Positions 53,953 through 62,020 of a stretch of DNA of 64,000 nt are shown here, in pieces; the stretch's first letter is position 1, and the number at the start of each line of letters is the position of its first letter. Origin of the DNA: an uncultured archaeon (lineage in GTDB: Archaea; Asgardarchaeota; Lokiarchaeia; Sigyniarchaeales; SOKP01); the NCBI GenBank assembly GCA_964486045.1, contig CAZALK010000003.1, positions 128,001-192,000 of the forward strand, read 5' to 3'. The notes under the pieces are model-generated. The model was not told the origin of the DNA. It did not search any database and saw nothing but the letters and a program-made list of their open reading frames with translations. A program made the position numbers and the translations under genes.

Positions 53953-54408
53953 TTACCCCCCTTCCATTTTTTTTCTCAGCAGTGAAATCGCAATTGCACT
54001 ACTCACTTGCTGTTTCTGGATAAAATCAATAAGGAGATCGTTATCAACATTACTTACATCAATCTTTTCAACAACTTTGTCGACTTCATTTTCAATTTCA
54101 CTTACATGTTTTTCAATCGCTTTTCCTATCTTTCTATGAATTCCCCACGTGCCTATGAATCGTTGCTCTACAGGATTGCTTGGGAGAATAATGTTCTTTA
54201 TTTTTTCCCTAACAGCTTTTCGTACTAGATCTGAGATATTTTTATATTCGGTGAGGTCGACATATTGCTGATAAAGCGCGATCTCTTCAGGGAGTATGCG
54301 AATAGTTAATTTTTCACCTTTAGGTTTTTTCGCATTCTCTTTTTCCAGCACTTCCTCGAGTTTTTCTAAGATCTCATCATTTAGTGCAACTATTTTTTCC
54401 ACTACCAT
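53953..54408 (-). CDS. Ribbon-helix-helix (CopG-like) DNA-binding protein with coiled coil
   Basis: KLTIRILPEE...YKNISDLVRKAVREKI; ATG at 54408 preferred as start. Confidence 0.7.
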   Translation of the reverse strand: MVVEKIVALNDEILEKLEEVLEKENAKKPKGEKLTIRILPEEIALYQQYVDLTEYKNISDLVRKAVREKIKNIILPSNPVEQRFIGTWGIHRKIGKAIEKHVSEIENEVDKVVEKIDVSNVDNDLLIDFIQKQQVSSAIAISLLRKKMEGG

Positions 54409-54547
54409 AAAAGATAATTTTCGTCTAAAAAATATAAAATTTGTCAATGTATAGACAAACTTCACATTTGTATCAACAATTTTAAAAATCCATCACTCAC
54501 GTTCTTTATTTTAAATTTAATTTTTGTGTAACCTCTTAAGTATCCGT

Positions 54548-54680
54548 GCATGATAGCATGTTGAGGGGTTGTATATATGCGTTCATACCGCAAAATCTTA
54601 CGTTCGTAAGGTTGGATGTGAACCGTATTCAAATTAATTAGGGGAAAAATTTTTTTGCTTCTCTCTCATAGGTATCATGC
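54548..54680 (+). ncRNA. Candidate multi-stem structured RNA
   Basis: Four nested stems with G-U pairs that form only on the + strand (details in findings). Confidence 0.45.
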
Positions 54681-54925
54681 TGGCTACTTCTCATAATATA
54701 ATTATAATACTCTTCTTTTGTTTACTAAAATTTAATTGAAAAACGGTCAGTGCTATTTAATGTGTCTTATTAAAAAGCTTCCTATTCTCTCAAGTATCAA
54801 GTCTCTACTTTTAAAATTATTCCAATCTGCAGTCTCGAAAAGTTCCTCTACTTTTGCTTTATGTTGTCGTAGATAAAAGATTTGATAATATTAGATGTTC
54901 AAAAGAATTTAAAGAGTTAATTGGT

Positions 54926-54945
54926 AAAAAAAAAAAAAAAAAAAA
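54926..54945 (-). terminator. T20 tract directly after the stop codon of the C13 peptidase gene
   Basis: 20 consecutive A on the + strand, 2 nt from the stop; archaeal oligo-T terminator. Confidence 0.7.
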
Positions 54946-54947
54946 TT

Positions 54948-56639
54948 TTAATCTTTCACTTTATTTTTTCTTACTGGTTTACGTTTTACATATAATATAA
55001 TGATTATAACAACTCCAAGTAATGTTCCAGTAAATAGATAGGTAATTTGAAAACCAGGAATTCTATCTTCCTCAAATGTAACTAGGATTGTGGTTTCTTG
55101 AATATTGTTTGCTTTATCTACTGCTCGAGCTGTAATGTTATGAAGTCCAAAACCATAATCTGCTGTATCTAAACTATAAACTACTTCAGGATACGGGTAA
55201 TAATCTGGCATTTGTTCATCTTCCAATAATTCACCGTTAAGATAAATCTGAATTTTATCGAGAGCCTGATCATCATTTCCTTCAGCTGTAATATTAACGA
55301 TACCTTTTAATCCCGCATTCGCATTTGGATTTGTAATTATTACCGTAGGATCAACATTATCTACTGGAGCAATTCCGTCTTCATTAATACCTACTTGAGT
55401 GGAAACAATTTGACCTCGTCTTCCGTCTACATCTTCAACAAAAAAGGAAAGCATATAGTCAGAGTTATTTATAGGGGAATTGATCGCTACTCTTCCAGTA
55501 AAGTTACCGTTCCCATCAGGTGTTAATTCCCATTGATATGAAGTTTCATTCGCATCCCAAAGTCCCATTGATTCATTATCTCTCGGTTCTGGGGGTGTCC
55601 AATTTTCAGATACTACTCTAGAAATCAACTTTGCAATGTTTGTTGAATTATCAACTCCTACAGTAAGTTGAATATTTATTATTGCGGGATTATATTCCAC
55701 CCAAAATTTTAATGGTACATACAAGAGTTGTGGTAGTTGAATCAGAGTAGGAGGGCATCCTTGAGTTAAATAGGTATTTTTTGCATCAATTCCATCTCCT
55801 GTACTTGGAAGGTGTCCCCAAGCATTTACTATATGTCCAACACCATCATGATTATCATCAATAACCGGTCTTTGCATATCTCCATAACCTAAAGCGATAA
55901 TCTCATTATTAGCATCCACGAAAGCATCTCCAATAGAATTTCCTGCAAGAATGGATGTGAAAAGACCTTCTCCAAACAATGAAATATGAGGTGGGATCGG
56001 ACTCCACCATGCGCTATAACCAGGTTCAGTTGAGGTCATAATTATTCTATCCGATTTACTTAATTCGTCTACGAAAGTTCCTGAAGAACATGCTTCATAA
56101 ACAACAATAATTCGATCACTTCCAGAAGCTGCTTCAAAATCGTCCAGGTATTGATCAAGTTCACTTGCAGTTAATGAAGGATAAGGATAATTTGCCATTG
56201 CGTCGGTTCCTCCATGATCATGCAAGTAAACTGCTAAAACACCATTTGGACCAACTATATCAGGCGCCCATGTATTAAATGCATAATTTAAATTAGTAGG
56301 AGAACTATCCCCATATTCCCGTGAAGTTTGTGTGAGAGCAACATCTGGAACTAACATTAATATTTCATTATCATTATTGCCTAGTGCTAATGCTTGATCA
56401 TAGACCCATTCGAGTGTCAATAATACTAAATCCCATGCATGATGATTTGATTTATCTCCCCCAATAATTATCCAAGCATCTACACACTCGTATTGAGCAG
56501 CACTAGCTTTAACAGAAATGTCGGAATTAGTATCAAATTGGTTATAATTCATATTTCCGCCAGAATTTAGCGACCAATACTGAAAATTAGAGAAAATAAT
56601 ATAAGTAAGTAGAATTAGTCCCAGCTTTTTTTTATCCAT
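54948..56639 (-). CDS. Secreted caspase/legumain-fold (C13-like) cysteine peptidase with Ig-like domain and IPGF anchor
   Basis: Signal peptide; YLHDHGG and YEACSSG His-Cys dyad; PTVIITNP...HNITARAVDKANN Ig domain; IPGF-TM-KRK tail. Confidence 0.82.
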   Translation of the reverse strand: MDKKKLGLILLTYIIFSNFQYWSLNSGGNMNYNQFDTNSDISVKASAAQYECVDAWIIIGGDKSNHHAWDLVLLTLEWVYDQALALGNNDNEILMLVPDVALTQTSREYGDSSPTNLNYAFNTWAPDIVGPNGVLAVYLHDHGGTDAMANYPYPSLTASELDQYLDDFEAASGSDRIIVVYEACSSGTFVDELSKSDRIIMTSTEPGYSAWWSPIPPHISLFGEGLFTSILAGNSIGDAFVDANNEIIALGYGDMQRPVIDDNHDGVGHIVNAWGHLPSTGDGIDAKNTYLTQGCPPTLIQLPQLLYVPLKFWVEYNPAIINIQLTVGVDNSTNIAKLISRVVSENWTPPEPRDNESMGLWDANETSYQWELTPDGNGNFTGRVAINSPINNSDYMLSFFVEDVDGRRGQIVSTQVGINEDGIAPVDNVDPTVIITNPNANAGLKGIVNITAEGNDDQALDKIQIYLNGELLEDEQMPDYYPYPEVVYSLDTADYGFGLHNITARAVDKANNIQETTILVTFEEDRIPGFQITYLFTGTLLGVVIIIILYVKRKPVRKNKVKD

Positions 56640-57036
56640 TTTTTTTCATTCCTTCATTTATTTAATTTTTCAATATTATCTTTATGACGAAAATATTTCT
56701 TCATAATATATAATCGCTTTTGATTAAATGATGTATGGTTAATGATCACAATGCGATATTTAAATCTATGGTAGAGAGGTAGCATTTAATATTAGCTCAA
56801 GCAAAATAGAAAAACAGTAATCAAATAATAGGGTCTCAAATTCAGGTTCAAATCTTTTTAAATTTTGTCCCAATTTCCTATGAAATTGGAATGGAAAGGT
56901 AAATTCAACTTCTGATTTTAATGAAAATTTCTTTGAAAAAATAATGCCCATTGTAGATAAATTTAAATTTTGAGAAAAGAATTTTCAAAAATTATTTTCA
57001 GAACAAGAATTTCATTGATGTTTAGATAACAATCTA

Positions 57037-57399
57037 TTAAGATAGACGATACTTACCTTTTTGAAGCTTTTCTATATTGACTCTTATTTGCGTATAACCT
57101 AAGTCTTTAATATTCGATATACTTATAATAAGCCCAGTCTGCTTCATATCTACTTTGAACTTGTCAGAACGGAAATATTCTCGTAGTATTGTTCCGTGAT
57201 GATATCCATGTATTAATTTTAAACCACTTACTCCGCGATAAACACATTTTTCTAATTTTGATTCTACGTAAACCATAGCTTCTTTAAGCGTTAACCCATG
57301 TAAATCAATCGGAAGAAAATGAGCATTTTCTATATGTCTTTTTAGAAATAATTCATCTAAGTACTTTTTTCCACAATATTTGCAAATTTGAAATTTCAA
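57037..57399 (-). CDS. C2H2 zinc finger fused to an Smr endonuclease domain
   Basis: CKYCGKKYLDELFLKRHIENAH followed by IDLHGL...LIHGYHHG. Confidence 0.82.
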   Translation of the reverse strand: MKFQICKYCGKKYLDELFLKRHIENAHFLPIDLHGLTLKEAMVYVESKLEKCVYRGVSGLKLIHGYHHGTILREYFRSDKFKVDMKQTGLIISISNIKDLGYTQIRVNIEKLQKGKYRLS

Positions 57400-57885
57400 G
57401 TATACTTCCGTTGATTTGTTTATCTTATTTTATTTACTAAATCATAATTTTTAATCTTGATTTAAATTCGAGATTATTAAAAGAAGAGAATCCTCCAATT
57501 CCTACTGAAAAAGATATTTTTAAACCAAAAGTTCTGCTTTTTGAAAGATTATCGTTCCTTTTAAATAATTCTAAATATATTTCTGTAATAAATAATCAGT
57601 TTTCTATTCTTATTAAATTTGTAAAAGAAATTTTAAAACTTGTTGACTTAAAAGAAAAGATGATTTTAGAAAACCTCAGAAAGCATCTTAGAAATGAACT
57701 AAATATTAATTGGAGATCAGATAACATTAAAAAAATTCTAATCGCTTTAAAAGTTTATAAGAAACTAATATTTGAAATTTAATAACAAATTTTGATGTAA
57801 GAAAAAAGTTGTACACACGGTTAATAAAGTTTAATTTAAACTAAAGACATTATTGTACTAAAAGGAAAGATGTATTAATTTTATA

Positions 57886-57893
57886 AAGGAGGT
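57886..57893 (+). promoter_or_regulatory. Shine-Dalgarno site of the thiolase gene
   Basis: AAGGAGGT, 7 nt before ACG at 57901. Confidence 0.7.
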
Positions 57894-57900
57894 TGTTAAA

Positions 57901-59106
57901 ACGGTTACTCATGGTATTAAAGATAAAGTTGCAGTAATCGGCTGCGATGCCACTAAATTTGGTGAATTGTGGGATAAAAGCAAAGAAGATTTACTGTTTG
58001 AATCTACTCAAGGCGCTATTAAGGATGCAGGGATTAAAAAAGATGAAATTGATGCTGCATGGCTCGGAGTTTATTATTTTTTCACAGGTGTTTCTGGAAC
58101 CACATTGGAAGATTCATTAAGATTAGGTGGGAAGCCTATAACTAGAGTTGAAAATTATTGCGCAAGCGGAATGGAATCTATAATACTTCGTTATTGATAT
58201 TCAAACGCTTTCCGCAATGCTTGTTTTGGTGTGGCATCGGGAGCTTATGATGTGGCATTAGCTTGTGGTGTTGAAAAGCTAATGGATGAAGGTGGTAGAG
58301 GATTGCCTGGAACAACAGTAATGGGACATCCAGTATTACCACGACCTTCAGCACCAGCTATGTTTTGTTTATTAGCTACTCGTAGTTTTCATGAATTCGG
58401 TTGGAGAAAAGAAGATCTAGCTCGTGTAGCAGTTAAGAATCACGAAAATGGATTTTATCATCCAAAGGCTCATTTCAGAATGAAAATTACATTAGAACAA
58501 GCTATGAATGCCCCAATGATAGCAGATCCACTCGGACGATTTGATTGTTGCGCGATGAGTGATGGTTCTGCTGCATTAATCCTTACTCGACCTGAATTAG
58601 CAGAGTCTTATGCTCATGCTGACGATTATGTTCTTGTTAAATCAAACTCACTTTCAGTTCATTCGGCTTATCCATGGTATGATCCAAAGTTTGATTTTAT
58701 ATGTGCTCCAGCTACGATTGATGCAGCAAAAATGGCATATAAAGAAGCAAACATTACAAACCCAAGAAAAGAAATTGATTTAGCAGAAGTTCACGATTGT
58801 TTTACAATAACTGAGTTATTAAATTGCCAAGATCTACAACTATGTGATAGTGGGAAAGCTGCCGAAGAATTACAAAAAGGTACTTTTAATTGGGATGGTG
58901 AAACTGCGATAAATCCAAGTGGTGGCCTAAAATCTTTCGGGCATCCTATAGGGAGTACTGGTTGTAGGATGGTTCAAGAAGTTACTAAACAACTTCAAGG
59001 AAGAGCTGAGGGAAGACAAGTACCTGATGCAAAAACTGGATTAGCTCACAATCTTGGTGGGGCTTATGCTGTCTGTTCTGTGACTATTTTAGGGCAGAGA
59101 GATTAA
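57901..59106 (+). CDS. Thiolase (acetyl-CoA acetyltransferase, archaeal/SCP-x type); spliced join(57901..58174,58205..59106), 391 aa
   Basis: GIKDKVAVIG, TRVENYCASGM|DAFRNA after intron removal, GVEKL, KNH, AEVHDCF, GHPIGSTG, HNLGG. Confidence 0.88.
58175..58204 (+). other. 30-nt bulge-helix-bulge intron in the thiolase mRNA
   Basis: AAGCG-GAAT-[GG^A]-ATC...GAT-ATTC-[AA^A]-CGCTT; contains the in-frame TGA; removal gives ATG GAC GCT TTC (MDAF). Confidence 0.88.
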
Positions 59107-59294
59107 AGTTTATTAAACATTTTGGAAACCGAAAATAGAGTTTCTTTCTTTCTTTCTTATTTCTTTTTCACAATTTCAGAGGTAGAAAGAAGACAAATAC
59201 AAAGTGATAAAAAAAGAACTATAATTTCAGTTTGTTTAATGTTTTCGAAAATTTATTTAAAAAATTATTTAATGATCTATTAATTTTGATTACC

Positions 59295-60178
59295 ATGAAT
59301 GAATCATTTAATAAATTTCAAGGAGACGTAAAAACCGATAATTTAAAGTATCTTGCAGATCCCCAACTTAGAAATATTGTAAATGTGTCTATTGCTTTAG
59401 AACGTCCCTTACTAGTAAAGGGAGAACCCGGAACCGGAAAAACTATGCTAGCTCACGCAATATCGCAGAGTTTGAGTAAAAAACTACTAATTTGGAATGT
59501 TAAAAGCACTACTGAGGCTATTGACGGGTGCTATATGTATGATACAGTTCAACGTTTAAATGATAGTAGATTTGGTTCAGAAGACCGAGACGTAAACAAA
59601 ATTCACGATTACATTACATTTGGTCCCCTTGGAGAAGCATTTGACGCTAACGAACAAGTTGTTCTCCTTATCGATGAGATCGATAAAGCAGATATAATGT
59701 CTAATAATAATTAGCATTACTGCATATTGAGTTTCCGAACGACTTGCTACAAGAATTAGATGTAATGGAGTTCTATGTAAAAGAGACAAAAGAATTTGTA
59801 AAAACTAAAAAGCGGCCAATAGTGATAATTACTTCGAATAATGAAAAAGAACTTCCAGATGCCTTCTTAAGAAGGTGTGTATTTCACTGGATTGAATTCC
59901 CTTCTAGAGGATTTATGACAGAAATATGTAATCTCCATTACCCAAATCTTAAAACAAATTTATTAGATCAATGTCTTAAACACTTTTATGCATTGCGCGC
60001 GATTACAAAACTTAGAAAATTGCCTTCTACTTCCGAACTCCTAGATTGGATTGGAGTACTTTTAAAAAGTGGGATTAGTATTGACCAATTAAAAAAAGAA
60101 ATTCCTTTCTTAGGTGTTCTCATAAAGAAAGAAAAGGATCTCGAATTTGCATTAGAAAAACTTAAATTTCCTTCATGA
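59295..60178 (+). CDS. MoxR/CoxD-type AAA+ ATPase; spliced join(59295..59693,59726..60178), 283 aa
   Basis: GEPGTGKT, WNVKST, YDTVQRL, LLIDEIDKAD|IEFPNDLL after intron removal, TSNNEKELPDAFLRRC, PSTSELLDW. Confidence 0.9.
59694..59725 (+). other. 32-nt bulge-helix-bulge intron in the MoxR mRNA
   Basis: AA-GCAG-[AT^A]-TAATG-T-CTAAT-aata-ATTAG-CATTA-CTGC-[AT^A]-TT; causes an in-frame TAG and a frameshift; removal gives GCA GAT ATT GAG TTT CCG. Confidence 0.88.
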
Positions 60179-60238
60179 TCAATAAGTAGACTTAAAGAAA
60201 TCCATTTTTTTTTTGATTTTATTATTTTGATATTAATG

Positions 60239-60337
60239 TTATCTCCAATTTGGACATCCTTTTCCTCTGCGAATATTATCTGGAGTCGCATTCCATATTT
60301 TTCAGCAGTCATGATGATAAACATATGTTAATTCCAT
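60239..60337 (-). pseudogene. Decayed zinc-ribbon repeat fragment
   Basis: Own translation ...HHDC*KIWNATPDNIRRGKGCPNW, matching the C-G-x-x-W-x-A-x(3)-(I/R)-x-RG-x-GCP-x-C ribbon pattern with two lesions. Confidence 0.5.
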
Positions 60338-60362
60338 TAAATTTATCTAAAGATAATAAGGT

Positions 60363-60422
60363 TTATTTAGTCGCAATACAACCAATAATAGCCACTTTAT
60401 CTTTAATTCCATGAGTAACCAT
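60363..60422 (-). pseudogene. 19-codon thiolase N-terminal stub
   Basis: MVTHGIKDKVAIIGCIATK*, 16/19 aa identical to the start of the 57901 thiolase; begins 2 nt after the stop of the HMG-CoA-synthase-like gene. Confidence 0.8.
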
Positions 60423-60424
60423 TA

Positions 60425-61864
60425 TTAAAACCTCCCCCTAACTGGTCTACATTTCCAATAATAATTTTTAAATTCACCACCTTCATGCAGCCTTCGAAAT
60501 GTTAATTCAACTTCCGTTCCAATACGGACATTTTCTTCAGGGTTTTCGATTTCGGTCATATTTAACATAACTCGACCGCCACCATCCAAATCAATTACGC
60601 ATCTGGGAACTGGAGTATCATTATAAGCACCCCCTACTAAATGATCAAGAGAATATGTATAAATTTTACCTTTTAAAGCTAGTTTAATCAGTTCCAATTG
60701 GTCATCAGCCCTACATACGATACAAGAACGTGCTGTAGTGGGATACTGAATACTTCCACAGTTTTTACATTTAAGGCCATACATTTTATACACAGCAGGT
60801 GTATCTCGCCATAATGTTACAGCAGAACTTTTTCTTACATATCGGTCTTTTTCAAGAAGTTTTTTATTTTCAACGTAAACATTATAGTTTTTAAGAAGTT
60901 TCATTGATTGTTGATGTCCTGATAAGGCCATATGAGCTTGAGAAAGTTCTTTTAGAGCGTTTATATCATGAACGTGCAATAAAATCCCATCAGCACCATC
61001 ACCAAATCCAACTAACAATGCCTTTGCATTTTTTTTGGGATTTTTTAAGGCAGAGATTAATAATATAAAGGACATTGGAGTTCCGAGATCTCCAAATTGA
61101 AAGAAAAGTCCATTTTGAGCTACTCCCTGATTAAATTTCATCGCCTTTGAAACACGTCCATGTGTTCTAGGATTATTATAATAATATGCTGCGATATCAA
61201 TATCCTCAGGACTTAAGTCATTTCTTTCGATAATCTCAGACATTACTTTTGTAACACTTTGGGTATAAAATTGAGTATCCATTTTCGACTCAAAAGTTCT
61301 TATGAAGCTATCCTCCTTTGTTCTTTTCCACGGCCCTGTTACATTAGCCGAAATAGAATAATAGTCATCTATAACAAGTGGTAAATTTTCCCCTTCACTT
61401 AGGAGAAAAGCTGCAGCACCATCACCAAACGTAAATTCCCAAGTAGTAGCTGGCTCTGCTTCTCTCATATCTGAAGCAATAACAAGTATCTTTGAGACAT
61501 CCTTATTTGCTGTAATTGTGTCAACTGCTCTTGCTAACGCGGTTGTTCCTGCTTTTAGTGAGTCAGTGAAGTCTGCTGTTACAATATCTTCCCTTAAATC
61601 TAATACTGTTGCAATAAACGAGGAGGAATCCTTTTCAGTATACACTTGAGTAGTAGAGGCAAAAAATAAACCGTCAATACTTTTTGGATCAATTCCACTA
61701 AGACAATCTATACCAGCTTCAATAGCCATGGTAAGACTATCCTCATCTGCACTTGCAACAGCCTTGTTACCAGGAACAACAGGAAAATCCCAAGCTTTAG
61801 CGATCAACTCGCGAGGCATTACATACTTTGGTAAGTAAACACCATAAGATTTAATTCCAATCAT
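60425..61864 (-). CDS. HMG-CoA-synthase-like (thiolase fold) protein fused to a DUF35 Zn-ribbon/OB-fold domain
   Basis: IGIKSYGVYLP, DEDSLTMA, GDGAAA; CKNCG...CIVC; EVELTFRR...NYYWKCRP. Confidence 0.88.
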   Translation of the reverse strand: MIGIKSYGVYLPKYVMPRELIAKAWDFPVVPGNKAVASADEDSLTMAIEAGIDCLSGIDPKSIDGLFFASTTQVYTEKDSSSFIATVLDLREDIVTADFTDSLKAGTTALARAVDTITANKDVSKILVIASDMREAEPATTWEFTFGDGAAAFLLSEGENLPLVIDDYYSISANVTGPWKRTKEDSFIRTFESKMDTQFYTQSVTKVMSEIIERNDLSPEDIDIAAYYYNNPRTHGRVSKAMKFNQGVAQNGLFFQFGDLGTPMSFILLISALKNPKKNAKALLVGFGDGADGILLHVHDINALKELSQAHMALSGHQQSMKLLKNYNVYVENKKLLEKDRYVRKSSAVTLWRDTPAVYKMYGLKCKNCGSIQYPTTARSCIVCRADDQLELIKLALKGKIYTYSLDHLVGGAYNDTPVPRCVIDLDGGGRVMLNMTEIENPEENVRIGTEVELTFRRLHEGGEFKNYYWKCRPVRGRF

Positions 61865-62020
61865 TTACAAATCTCTCCCTTTTTTTTTTATATTCTATTT
61901 ATTATATGATTCTGAATTTTTTAAGGTTAAAATATTTCATTGAAAAAAATTATCAGTTCTAACAACCATCAAATTTTCCAAGCTAGAGTTGAACCGGTTT
62001 CACCTTAGAAAAGAATAATT

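Noticed and set aside
58195-58197. TGA in the thiolase read as selenocysteine
   Set aside because: It lies inside a 10-codon insert absent from the family consensus, does not align with a Cys, and is removed by BHB splicing.
59690-59745. Programmed frameshift or sequencing indel in MoxR
   Set aside because: There are 32 extra nucleotides forming a hairpin, not a 1-nt slip; no slippery site; only excision restores DKADIEFP.
59986-60324. 112-aa minus-strand ORF
   Set aside because: Overlaps MoxR antisense; another frame explains the region better as a zinc-ribbon remnant.
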